From NCBI RefSeq assembly GCF_963921235.1, contig NC_086097.1, positions 162,814,001 to 162,878,000 of the forward strand: a stretch of 64,000 bases of DNA. The letters run 5' to 3'. Positions 38,544 through 51,499 of the stretch are shown in pieces; the stretch's first letter is position 1; each line of letters begins with the position of its first letter. Source of the stretch: Mobula hypostoma. Lineage: Eukaryota. The notes under the pieces were generated by a model that had not been told where the DNA came from, searched no databases, and worked only from the letters and a program-made list of their open reading frames with translations. A program made the position numbers and the translations under genes.

Positions 38544-39791
38544 CTATCACCCAAATTACAATATGCAAATTGTTGAATTAAAGTGACTCATGGCAACCAG
38601 AAGCAAAAATATGCTTTTTTAAGGCAGGCAAATGGATTTATTTTCTCTTGTTCTCACTACGTGTAAAGCAGAGCACACCATACACTGAAAATCATTAAAG
38701 GTGTTTTCAAGGTGGAAATTGATCCAGGATAGAATATTCACCTACAACATTGATACGGTCATAAACATGGATCATTTTGCTTGTGCTATAGCATGACACT
38801 TTGAATTGCAATGGAAACTGTGGGCGGGCTTTTTTATGGATTCCACTGACTCAGGGCATGAAGACTTAACGAAGCAAAAGGCAAATAGCATTGGGATGCA
38901 GAACATCTATGGGCCAACTGAATGGCAGGGCAGACATTCCAGTCATTCTCTAATAGTTATAAGTAGTTGACCCACACTTCTGGATATGTCAGGACTGGAA
39001 GCAAGTTCCTTTTCCTCTGAAAGGTACAGCTCCTACTGTTTTCCAGTGATCCTGGAGGTTACCCTTCCATGCCAGCATGCAAGTCCTGTGGGAGGATCAG
39101 CCTAAGTTCTTGCTAGAAGAAGGGATAGAGAAAGATAAAAGTAAAAAAAAAATTGATGATGATGAAAATAGAGCAGGATGGAAATGCATGTGTGTAGTCC
39201 CAGCAATATTGTAGCCTGCCTCTGGGATCCATGAGGACTGCAGAGGTACAGAAAACTGCTGAGCTAGCCTTCTTAGCGGAGGCAAGAATTCCACATTTCA
39301 CAGGGTTTGTACCCAGCTTTCACAGGATACGTGGGGAAATCTGGGACTTTCAATGGCTGAATGTTAGCAGCTCTGACTGTCGCTTTCAGCAGTTGCCAGC
39401 AACATCCAACTCAAGATTTGTTGAAGTAAGATCACTAAAGGATGACCATATGAACCCATCTCAAGAACTGCCACAATACCTATTTTCCCAAATCATAGTA
39501 ACTAGAGAAAATTAAAATAAAAGAAGTTTTTTTCTCCCCTGGGAAGTAATATAGACTGACGCCACATTATATCATTACTGAACACACCATGGTCTCGGCC
39601 TGAAACATCGACTGTACCTCTTCCTAGAGATGCTGCCTGGCCTGCTGCGTTCACCAGCAACTTTGATGTGTGTTGCTTGAATTTCCAGCATCTGCAGAAT
39701 TCCTGTTGTTTGCATCTTCAAAGACTTTTTGGTACTTAAGCAATTAATAATTAGTATCATGACTATGTGGCACGAAGGAACATCAACTTGC

Positions 39792-39925
39792 CTGGCAGCA
39801 TGAATTCTGTACCACTTGTTGGTGTTAATCTGAAGATCAGGATATTCTAATCTTGCTGTTCCTGAACCCACGTCCCACAAGAAGGCGACTCTGCCCCGAC
39901 GCATTTCCAGAGCCAAGAATTCAGA
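39792..39925 (-). CDS. LAMA1: Laminin alpha-1 exon, LG1 (GC donor)
   Basis: 134 nt encoding SEFLALEMRRGRVAFLWDVGSGTARLEYPDLQINTNKWYRIHAA(R). Donor is AG|GCAAGT. Confidence 0.93.
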
Positions 39926-42900
39926 CTGTGAAATGGTGCAGAGGGCAATTGATTAACATATTTTTGGTCTTAGTTAGCAAAAGAAATGCTCAAGAGTAAT
40001 GAATAAACAATCAGGTATCTTCATGTTGTACCGAAAACCTTTAAGAGTCTGCATAAAAAAACATGCTGCCTGACGTTGAAAATGGCTAGGACTTCCTTCG
40101 AAACTAAAGTAGATGACTAAAAAAATGAACAAATACATATTTCAAGCTGATAAAAAACTTAAGCTGTTGCAATTGAAATACAAGTCCTGTTTCAGGCATA
40201 CACAATGACAACATTAAACATAATCATATTTAGAAAGGCTTCATTCTACCCTGGAGGTGTTCCTATTACAAAACTGTATTTCAATTTCCACAACAAACAA
40301 TCATCCTCACCATAGATTTTGAGATTGCTCAAAATATCACAGCAGGGGGCTGGATAGAATATCTGTGACATATAGTGCCTTGCTGGTTATTTTTGAATGC
40401 TTGAGAATTAATCTGTGATTACAATCTGGCCAATTTCTGCATCATTTCCATTAATGGACTAATAGTTCCTTTAAAAGCAATTTTTTAATACACTGTATGT
40501 AAGTAGATTCTCTTTGAGAATTTCTACTGCTTTTCACCAAGTTATTTTGAACTAATTAAATTAGTAATCAAATTTCCACTGAACTTATCCCTTCTGCCAT
40601 ATCCTTCTATTTCCTCCACATTCATGTGTCTAGCTAAGAGCCCTCTGAATGAATGCCTTTTTCCCTTCTCTGCCACCCCAAGCAGCAAATTCCACGCACC
40701 CAGTTCTCATGTGTAAAAACTTGTCCCACGTATCTTTGAATTTACCCCCTCACCTTAAATGCATGCCCACTGATAATAAACACTTCAACTCTGGGGACAA
40801 GGAACAGGTCATCTACTCCGTCTATGGCTTTCATAATTTTATAAATCAGTAATAGTTTTCCCCTCGCTCTCTGTTGTTCCAGAGAAAAACTTCTTTCACT
40901 CCAACCAATTGTGCCCACAATCCATGGCTATATTCTAATGTAAGAAATGAAAGCAGAAGAAAGACTTCTCTCCTGCCCTTTGTGCCTGCCCTGCCATTTA
41001 TCAAGATTGTGACTGATCTTCCTCAATTCAATCTTCTTCAACCACCCCCATATTCAAGGTTCATTCAACATACACAGATCTTTTTACTTCTGTTTGGAAT
41101 GGATTCTACCACTGAGGCCCTGGAGCTTCCCAGGTAGAGAATTACAAAGATTCACCACCTTCTGAGTGAAGAGACCTATCTGCATCTCAGTCCTAAATTG
41201 TCTACCCCTTACTCTTGGGCTGTGAGCCCCAGGTGACTCCCTATCCAGTGCAAATATATCCTCCATGTTGCCACCTTGTTAAGCTCTAAAAGAATTTTGT
41301 TTCTATGAACTTTCATCCCATTCTTCCAAACTCTGTGGAGAATGAAGCAACCTCCCCTCAGACAGCAAGCTCAGCAGCATTTGAAATCTAAGGGCCCTTT
41401 TCATGACTGGCACATCTTTATCTATGTAATAGACCAGAATTGTGCACAGTGCTCCAGGTGCAGCCTTGGCAAGACCCTGAAGAACTAGAGCAATACTTCT
41501 TTACTCTGCATTACCATTATAAAGTCTAGCATACTATTTGCCCTTCTGATCACCTGCTGTATCTGCTTGGCCTTCAGCAACTTACAAGTATCAATCATTC
41601 AACATTTAAAGCAAAAGCTGCTTTTCTATTTTGTGCAGCAAAGTGGGTGGCTTCAAATTATGACACATTATATTCCATCATCTCATCTTCATCCATTCTT
41701 TCACCTTGTCTACATCCTTTTGAACTGTCTTTACTCAGAATCTCACCTGCTTTAGAACCATCAGCGTTCTGGGAAATACAACATCTGAACCTCTGGGATC
41801 AAGTCCAAGCAAAGACCATTCAGTAATCCAATAGTCACAGCCTGCTACCCTGAGAAAGACCTGTTATTCCCACTTTTTACTTTCTGCCCATAACCAGTTC
41901 AATTCATATCAGTACATTACCTACAATTCTACATTTTCAAAAGATTTCTGAAAATCTAAACACATCACATCTACTGATTCCTCTTAGTCCAATTTGTCCA
42001 CCGACACAACGGGTCAACAGCTGATCCCATCTCATTGGCTCTTCACTCAACTCTAGAATATCTGGACAGCAAAGGTGCATACATCAGGATGCTCTTTATC
42101 AACTAAGCTCAGCATTCAATACTATCATTCTTCAATTCTAATCAATAAGCTTCAAAACCTCCTTGGGCAATTGGATCATTGATTTCTCACTTGGAGACCC
42201 CAGTTAGTTTGGATTGGCAACAACATCTCCTTCACAATCTTCATCAGCACAGGTGCACCACAAGGCTGTGTTTAGCTCCCATTCCTTCTTTAGGTTTGCT
42301 GACGACACCACTGTTGTAGGCCGAATCAAAGGTGGTGACAAATCAGCATTGAAAATCTGGCTGATTAATTTTGGCTGATAACAACCTACAAAGTTACATA
42401 AATAATATTGACAACCCATGGGTGAAATGGACTCTTAAAATATGGAAAACTATATAAAAGAATATAAACTGGAGAAAGACATTGCAATTCTTAATTGGTG
42501 TGCATATAACTCGGATTTTACGCCGAATAAATTGGATGCTAGATTTAAGGACTGGACAGCTAAAGGAAAAAGTTATTTGCAATATAATGAAAGAAGGAAC
42601 ACTGTTCAGTTTTGAAGTGCTCAAAGAGAAACACTTATTAGAAAAACAAGACTTTTACCGGTATTTACAGATGCAACAGTATGTTAATAGGACCGTTAAA
42701 AATGTAACCAAGGCAAGTACATGTCTGATAGAGCTATTTAGAAAAGCATATAATTCAGATAACGGTAGTAGAATAATTTCAAGTGTGTATAAGGGTTTGT
42801 CAAATCTTAAAATACATTCGACTTCATACATTAAAACAAAATGGGAGAAGGAAGGAGGGATAATAACATCTGAGGAAGACTGGACAATAATATGGAGGTA

Positions 42901-43397
42901 TCAATGGAAGTGTACCAGGTCACCGAAATGGAGGGAGTTCGGGTGGAAAAACTTGATAAGATATTTTATTAAACCCTCTCAGAAATCCCATTATGATAGT
43001 AACCCCCCTGTTTGCTGGAGAAATTGTGGAAATCAAAATGCAAACCATTATCATATTTTCTGAGAATGCCCCGTTATCAAAGACTATTGGAGTGGGAAAC
43101 ATAATGCCCTACAAGACATCTTTAAATGTGAAATACTCTTAGAGAGTAAGACCATATACTTTGGGTATATACCTCAAGAATGGTTGAAAAGAGATAAATA
43201 TTTACTGTATGTACTGCTGGTGGTTGGTAAAAAGACCCTTACCAGGAAATGGTTATCACAGAAGAGCCCAACTTTAAATGTATGAATGGAAATTACAATG
43301 GACATTTATAAAATGGAGAAGATAACAGCATCTGTTAATCATAAGTTGGAACAATTTTATTCATACTGGAAAAAAAGGTTTAACTACATAACACATC

Positions 43398-43437
43398 ATA
43401 GTCCTGACGAAGGGTCTCGGCCTGAAACGTCGACTGT
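43398..43437 (+). ncRNA. Minimal type I hammerhead ribozyme motif in a Penelope-like terminal repeat
   Basis: ATAGTC-CTGACGA-AGG(GTCTCGG)CCT-GAAA-C-GTC-GACTGT: stem I, complete core, stem II, loopless palindromic stem III (ACGT), GUC cleavage triplet. Confidence 0.75.
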
Positions 43438-43532
43438 ACCTCTTCCTAGAGATGCTGCCTGGCCTGCTGCGTTCACCAGCAACTTTGATGTGTGTTGCTT
43501 GAATTTCCAGCATCTGCAGAATTCCTGTTGTT
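43401..43532 (+). mobile_element. Short Penelope-like terminal-repeat insert
   Basis: Hammerhead motif followed by GATGCTGCCTGGCCTGCTG..TTCCAGCATCTGCAG. Related copies at 39591-39710, 56596-56692, 61430-61647, 62830-62905, and degenerate ones near 19905-20070, 20990-21090, 22980-23140, 29480-29655, 51255-51515. Confidence 0.75.
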
Positions 43533-46330
43533 AACACCTCATAGGCCTGATTTTATTCTCACAAGTCAATGAATATGTTGTAAAAAAAAGAATCACTCCC
43601 TACTCTGTACATAGTTTTCTTCTTTCGATTGTTCTTTCTTTCCTCTCTTTTCTATAAGTGTATACCTCAGATAATTACGTGGAGATTTGTGACAAATATG
43701 TTTATATGATAGATATGTACAATGATGAAATTCAATAAAAATAAATTACAAAACAGAAAATCTGGCTGATTAGTGCCACAAATACAGCCTCTTACTCAAT
43801 GTCAGGACCAAGGAGAGGACTACTGACCTCAGAAAGTCCATAAATCAGTCCTCAGAGGATCAGAGGTAGAGGGAGTCAGTAACTTTAAAATCCTTGGTGT
43901 TATTATTTCAGAGAACATGGCCTGGGCCCAGCACACAAGTACAATTACGAAGAAAGCATGGTGGTGCCTCTACTTCCTTAGGAGTTTGTGAAGGTTCGAC
44001 ATGACATTTAAAACTTTAACTCCTATAGATGTGCGGTGGAAAGTATATTGACTGGCTGCTTCACAGCCTGATATAGAAAGGCTAATGTTTTTGAAGAGAA
44101 AATCCTACAAAAAGTAGTGGATATGGCCCAGTCCATCATGGGTAAAGCCTTCCCCACCATTGAGTACATCTACATGGAGTGCTGTTGCAGGAAAGCAGCA
44201 TATATGATCAGGGACCCCCGCCACCCAGGTTATACTCTCTTTTCACTGCTGCCATCAGGAAGGTGGTACAGGAGCTTCAGGAGTACATCAATGTTTAAAG
44301 ATCGTTATCATCCCTCAACCATCAGGCTCTTAAACCAGAGAGGATAACTTCACTCAACTTTAATTGTTCCCACAACCTACGGTCTCACTTCCAAGTACTC
44401 TTTATCTCATGTTCTCAATATTCATTGCTTATTTATTATTGTTACTATTCCTTTTCTTTCTTTTTGTATTTGCAGTTCCTTGTCTTTTGCACACTTGTTT
44501 GTCAGCCCTGTTGGTCTGGTCTTTCACTGATTCTATTATACTATTGGACATATTGAGTATGCCTGCAAGAAAATGGATCTTAGGGCTTTATATGGTGACA
44601 TAATGGACTTTGATAATAAATTGACTTTGAACTTAAGTCTATTCTAAGAACTCAAAGAACTCTAGAAGTCCAATTAAACATTACCTTTTCTTAATTCCGT
44701 GTTGGCTTTTCTTAATCATGGTATTCTTTTAAAAATGTTCTGTTATTACACCTTTGTTATGGATCACAGTGATATCCCTACTACTGATGTTATACTAATG
44801 GATCTGTAGGTTTTTCTCTCATTCTCCTTTCTTAAATAATAGTCATATTTGCTGCCCTCCAATCCCCAAACGTTCTAGTATCTACAGAATTTTGGAAGAT
44901 GATATCCATGAGTGCTACTGATGTGCAAGCAAATTAATATAAAAATGATTTAAAATAAATGTAGATTATTAACATTCTCCATAAAAATGATTATTAATTA
45001 ACTGCACACTTCATTAAGGATATCTTATTAATTATTATGAATGGTCTCACACCTGGTCTTCAGTCCATCCCAAATGACCCATGAACACTACATCACTATT
45101 CTGCTCTCTTTTTGCACTATTCATTTATTTTTAATATATTTCTTATTGAAACTTACAGCAATATTTTATGTATTTCACTGCACTACTGCCGCAAAACGTA
45201 TTTCACAACATACATCAGTGATATTAAACCTGATTTTGATTCCAGTTCTGATTTTACCGCCAGTCGGTTAATCAGCGTTCTAACAAAGGAAATGCAGCAG
45301 CTAATTTACACACAATGAGCTCCCACAAAAGAAAGGAGCAACTAATCTGTTCTGGAAAAGACTGAGGGATAAATATTGGTCAAATTGGCTCACCCTGGTT
45401 ATTCTCACCCATCTGAGAGGATAGACCCCGCCTCAGTTTAACCTCTTCCAGAGGATAGTACCTTCGACACTAAAGTGTAAGCTGAAATTTTTGTGCAGAA
45501 GACACTATAATGGTATCTTCTGACTTACAAACTATTGACCCACCCTGGGCCTCAACAATTACAAAGAAGTCACACTAGCAGCTCTACTTCATTAGAAGTT
45601 TGAGGAGATTTGGTATGTCACCAAAGCCTTTAGCCAATTTCTACAAATGCATGGTGGAGAGCATTCTGACTGGTCGCATCACCGCCTGGTATACAGGCTT
45701 CACGCAAAGGGGATCGAAAGAGGCTGAAGAGGGTTGTAGCCTCAGCCAGCTCCATCATGAGTACAAGCCATCAAGGATATCTTCCAAGAGTGGTGTCTTA
45801 AGAAAGGAGCATCCAGTATTAAGGACCCTCACAATCCAAGACATGCTCTCTTTTCATTACTACCATCAAGGGCGAAGTACATGACTCTGAAGTCCTACAC
45901 TCAGTTTTAGGAACAGCTTCTTCCCTTCTGCCACCTGATTTGTGAATGGGCCATGAACCCATGAACCTCAATATTCCTCTTTTGAACTATTCCTTTTATT
46001 TCTTACTGTAACTTGTAATTGTAACTGTCTTACACGGTACTGCTGGCACAAAACAACAAATTTTATGACATTTCAGTGACGATAAACTTGACTCTGATTG
46101 TGCTTTAAGTATTTACCTTCCCATTCACATGGAAGTTGGAAATTTGGTTGGTAAACAATGATCTTTCATTTATTTGATTATTCAGTACATTAATTAAGTG
46201 CAGTTGATCAGTGATTGTAAAAAGGTAGTACATGAACCTTGGCTTCACTATATTAGCAACTTTTAGCCTCAGGACTTTAACCTCTGGATATCTCAGCAAG
46301 GTGCATCAGCGGCCCTAATGGGTTACTTAC

Positions 46331-46474
46331 ATTGCTACTGCTGCCTAGGTAGAACAGTAGGTTTTCTGTCTCAGAGGTTTTCACATTCAGGGTCAGAGTA
46401 TTGTAGTTGCTGCTCATGAGTGCAGGCTGGTAGGCACGGATACAATCTCGGTCAGCTGATACAGCCACTTTAAT
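46331..46474 (-). CDS. LAMA1: Laminin alpha-1 exon, IKVAV motif and start of LG1
   Basis: 144 nt encoding IKVAVSADRDCIRAYQPALMSSNYNTLTLNVKTSETENLLFYLGSSSN. IKVAV is characteristic of alpha-1 (alpha-2 has IKVSV). Confidence 0.97.
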
Positions 46475-47424
46475 CTGGAGAAAGATTAAATTCAGGGTTA
46501 GAAGAAAACACTTTCTTATATTTGCAAAGTGGAATTGATAAACTGCTGTCCCTTTTAAGATTCTTCAATTTGAAACATTAACGTTTTCCCTTCCCACAGA
46601 TATACATTTCCAATATTTTCTGTTTTTATTTATGCTAAGCAGCTGACACTGGAAATGTGCAATATATTGCTGGTGCTCTACAGCATCAGTGAACCAGCAA
46701 TCCAACCATTAGAAGTTCCTTATATCTGGCTTCACTCCATAGCTGTGGACCTCTCATGTCCATTCTCCATAGCCACCTGTCAGCAGGCTTGGTGCACACC
46801 AAACTGGGGTTGTGTGCCAATTGACTACAGAGTGCTCACTTCCAGCAACAACTCATCAGCTAATGCAACAAACCAGGACTATAGTTCTGTATCTGAACTA
46901 CATTCAGGAATGGACAGGTAAGTTGCAAATGCAAGTACATCACATGTACTAAATGATGACCAACTGACCAACACTCCTTTTATTACTGTTGCCCAACATA
47001 GATATCCTTGGACTTATCATTCACTAGAAATACGGCTGGACCAGCCACATAATAATTGCAGTTATAGGGGCCAGTCAGTCAATTTACCTCATGATTTTCC
47101 AAAGTCCTCTATAAGGTGCAGGTCAGGAAATATGTTCCATTTGACTGGATGAGCACAGCTTCATCAGCACTCAATGCCAACCAGGTCAATATAGTCCAAC
47201 TGAGTGGTACCCAATTTCCACTACTTCAACGTCGCACTGCAGTCTAACTTAAATTTTTCTTATGAATGTTGTGCCTGTGGTGCTGCTGGTAAATCAGTTT
47301 TTCATTGCACTATGCATGCATGCTCTTGTCCTTATGACAATAAACTTGACTTTGACAGTCATTTCATCAAGACATCTTCAATGGAACGTCCCATAACCCT
47401 GAGATCTATCATCAAAAATGTCAA

Positions 47425-49154
47425 GGACAAAATGAACATCCTTCCTAAATTCTTACACCTTTTTCAAACCATACCAACTTTCATTCCTAAAGCCTTCTTT
47501 GACTCGCTAGACTCAGTCATATCGTCCTACTTATGGAAGGGCAAGCGTCCCCAAGTGAATAAAGTCCATTTTCAAAAATTTAAGCACTGGGGGCATGGCT
47601 TTGCCCAATTTCCACTTACATTACTGGGCAGTTAATATACACTGCCTCATCTTTTGGTCTCATTTTTACAACCAATCTGACTGCCCAAAATGGGTAGCAA
47701 TGGAGCTGAACTCTATTGAGAATTTCTCCATCTCCGCATTTCTTGGATCCGCACTCCCTTTTCTTACGTCTAAACCAATTGTTAATCCTGATATCAGGCA
47801 CACCCTGAGAGTATGGGCTCAGTTCGGAAAGCAGAGTGGACTCCATGGCTTCTCTCTTTCAAGTCCTATTCTATATAACCAACTCTTCCAGCCATCTATA
47901 CATGATCCAACATTTCAAGACTGGTATAGAAAGGGTATCAGGTGCTTTAAAGATCTGTTTATAGACAACTGCTTTGCATCATTTGAACAACCGTCTGCAA
48001 AGTTTAACCTACCCAGCACTCATTTCTTCAGATATTTGCAAATTAGACATTTTATCAGCCCTTTGATATCAAATTTCCCTGAGGCACCCGATACAAACGT
48101 CGTTGATATGTTTCTCTACATGAATCCATTGCGCAAAGGTCTAATATCTACTATTTGCAACGAGCTAGAGGTCCTGAGGTGAGCCCCCCCTTGACAAAAT
48201 TAAAACTGCCTGGGAGCAAGATTTAAATATCTCACTGTCAAACGATGTATGGGATTCAGTTCTTAAGTTAGTTAACTCAACCTCTTTATGTGCCCGCCAC
48301 TGCTTGTTACAGATCAAGGTCGTACACAGGGGCCATATGCCTAAAACTAAATTATCTCACATTTACCCAGATGTTAATCCCTGTTGCGACAAAAGCAAAA
48401 GGGGCAAGGCTTCCCTTATTCACATGTACTGGACATGCCCTAGCTTGGAAAAATACTGGAAAGGTGTTTTCCAAATTCTATCGCAAATACTTAATTATAA
48501 TTTGGAACCTAACCATTTGAGTGCTCTTTTCGGCATCTCAGGAGAGGGGGACACGCACCTAAGTCCAACCAAATATCGCACACTGTCTTTTGCCTCTCTG
48601 TTGGCCAGGCGTGCAGTCTTGCTCAGGTGGAGGGATGCTGCCCCGCCCACCCACACTCAGTGGCTCAGGGACATCATGTCCAGTCTACATTGAGAACATC
48701 CATTATTCAATTCTCAACCCGGACATAAAATTCCAAAAGTGTGGGGACCCTTTCTTGAATATTTTCAGATTTCCCAGCCAAACTAAAGGTCCATCCTTTC
48801 TTCCTTTCCTCTGCACATAAATCCCTGACCTCCAGCATTTCCCAGTAAAATTCTAAGGACCCAAACTTGTAAACATACAACAGTTCATGTATTAGGAAAA
48901 TACACCCTCTCTATACCAATGCAGCTCTGTGGGGACAAAGGTTCTGTTTAACCCTTTTTGCTAATGTAATGATAGCTTGAAGATGGGGATTGGGAGGAGT
49001 GGGTCGGGGCAGGGAGGCAACCAAAGCATGATTGTACTATGGGTGCATCTCTTTCATAGATGTGAATTGTACATTTGATACATTTGTTATGAACTGCACA
49101 AACCTTCTTTACACTATCCTCTCTTTATTTAAAAAACCAATAAAAATATTTTTT
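47425..49154 (+). mobile_element. 5'-truncated L1-clade LINE
   Basis: LPKFLHLFQTIPTFIP, HFFRYLQIRHF, CDKSK..IHMYWTCP; AATAAA; TSD AAAAATGTCAA (47414-47424, 49155-49165). Confidence 0.9.
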
Positions 49155-49774
49155 AAAAATGTCAAAGGCAATGGAATCATGAAAGCAACAGTGCCCACAG
49201 GTTCCATTCCAAATCACACGTTAACTAATAGAAAATGCTGTCTACCTCCAGTTAATGCATCTACATCTGAAAGCCCCAATCTAACAACTGTGGGGGTACC
49301 TTTATCAGAGGATTGCAGCAGTTCAGGAAGGCCAGCCACTGCAGGCTATTGATAGTCGGGCAACCAATGCTGGCCTTGCCAGTGATGCCCACGTGTTGTA
49401 AATCAATGAAACATGAGCAATGGTCAATCAGCCCAGCAAGTAAAATTTGGCCAGGGAATCTGTAATTGGAATCTTAACTCTTTTGTTATCCCCTTCAGAT
49501 ACTGAAACATCAAAGTTACGGTTATTTGATATTAAGCCTCATTCATAGAACATTTAAGATCCAAAGAGACTTTTAATGTTATAGATAGAGGGAGAGAGAG
49601 AGAAGGTTATAGGTGTTGGTAGTTTTGGATTTTAAAAGCCAATAAACATAGACGGAGGATTGACTCAGCTAAGATATTCTGCTGCACTGAATGCCTTTAG
49701 CCTGGAAACTGTGCTACCATTTAAAAATGTTTGAGGTAGAGTTCATTCACAGATCCTATCAATTCCATGCTTAC

Positions 49775-49929
49775 TGAGGCAGCTTGCTTCCGGGCCTGAT
49801 TAATCAACTCCTTTATCTCTGATAAGTTTCTGCTCAGATTGTCCTCAAGCATTTTCAATGGCTTCAATCTGTCCAACAAGTAATTGGCTTGAATTTCGAT
49901 TTCTTGCACCTTTGCTCCAGCAGCCACAG
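49775..49929 (-). CDS. LAMA1: Laminin alpha-1 exon, end of coiled coil
   Basis: 155 nt encoding VAAGAKVQEIEIQANYLLDRLKPLKMLEDNLSRNLSEIKELINQARKQAAS, very close to recalled human LAMA1; canonical splice sites. Confidence 0.96.
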
Positions 49930-50371
49930 CTGTAAGGAGGAAAAATCAGAAATTAAAACAACAGTTAAAAAAGAGAAAGTCCGCAGATGCAGGAAACCAA
50001 AGCAATATACACAGCAAGAAACAACACTATGCTTACTTTCCACAAGTTATCATGGACTTTGTACTGTAGGTATCATATACAAGAATAATTGCATAGAAAA
50101 AGGATAATCATACCTTTCTGTGAGGACAATGCAGCTAATTTAATTCTCCATCGATTCCTGGAAATGTTTTATTTAATCCAAGGAGTTTAACCTATTCCCT
50201 TTTCAAAGGTGTAAATGAATTTCTCTCCACTAACCTGTCTGCTGAAGTTTTCCAGATGCTATTACTTGCTGGGTAATACAAGTTACTTACTGACTCAGGA
50301 TTCACACTCAGCAGACCCATTGATAACTTTGCAACACACATCCAACAGGCAAAATGGAACAACTATCAGAA

Positions 50372-50461
50372 ACGCAAATGGCAGATTGGCCTTTAGTTTA
50401 AAAAGGTTTCTGTTTACGCAAATGGCAGATTGGCCTTTAGTTTAAAAAGATTTCTGTTTAC
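50372..50461 (+). repeat. 44-bp tandem duplication
   Basis: ACGCAAATGGCAGATTGGCCTTTAGTTTAAAAAG(G/A)TTTCTGTTT twice, starting at 50372 and 50416; one mismatch. Confidence 0.9.
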
Positions 50462-51499
50462 AAACGGAGCTATCTTGCTCCAATTACAATGAGCTTCAGT
50501 GAAACTAAATTTGAAATACCATGCACAGCTCTGGTGTCCCTATTCAAGGAAAGTTATACCTGTGACAGAGGGAGTGCCTTAAGGATGATCAGATTTATTC
50601 CTGTTTGTCATTTTTAGAGAAGATGAAGTAGAATGAGCACACACTCTTGAATACAGCAGAATGAGAGACGATCAACTTGAAATACAGATATTCTTTCATC
50701 AGTTGGCACAGAGATGTGGGGTGTCTACAACAAAGGAATTGGCTCAGATAGTAAAAACAATTCTTTGCCTAGAGATTGTATCTTTGGAATTCTCCTGCTG
50801 AGCTCCAAAGCTCAGCTGCTGAATATATTCAAGACAGAGATGGTTAGATTTTTAGTCATTAAATAAATCATGGTATATGGGAACGACTACAGAAAGGTGG
50901 CACTGAGATTAAAATAAAAATCAGCCTTAATCTTGTTGAATTTTGGCTCACTTATGGAAATCCAAATGGCCTACTCTTAATTCTATTTTGTTTCTTCTTT
51001 TTAAATCTCAGGTTCACCTCTTCTACCAGTTGCTTGACAGTGTAATTCCCAATTTTACTCACTCCCTCACTGGTCTTGTTCCAGTGAAGATGAACTTTAA
51101 CTGAGGAACAGCATGTTCTCTTTATTCCTCCCATCTTTACATCGTGACCGCTGTGCCTTTCAATCTATTCTAGGCTCTGCCCTGTCACAATCATTTCCTT
51201 TTGTTCTCCCTCACCTCCTCCCTTTCTCTGTAACTTAAAAAAACTACTTCTCCCGGTTTTGAGGAAAGGTAAGGAACCTGAAAAATAAACTCCGCTTTCC
51301 TCTCTGTAGCATTTTGTTTTTACTTCACATTTCCACCAGTACAGTTTTTCTGGATTCCACCATAAACCAGTGAGCTCTGGTTCTCAATTCTTCTTCTGTC
51401 TATCCTGCGTAACCAGCCTGTTACTTTGAACATCACTATCACATCTCATTTCAGACGTATATAGGTAATACTTAAAACTTTCAGCAGGTCAGGCAGCAT

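Larger units (their letters stand above)
42368..43755 (+). mobile_element. 5'-truncated L1-clade LINE
   Basis: ORF 42482-43063 with FYRYLQMQ and C-terminal CWRNC..HYHIF(W)EC; AATAAA and A-rich tail; 17-bp TSD GAAAATCTGGCTGATTA (42351-42367, 43756-43772). Confidence 0.9.
42000..44635 (+). mobile_element. Decayed Rex1/Babar-like LINE split by an L1 insertion
   Basis: STGAPQGC and FADDTTVVG motifs at about 42245-42320; element resumes at 43756 and ends in GATAATAAATTGACTTTGAACTT. Confidence 0.8.
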
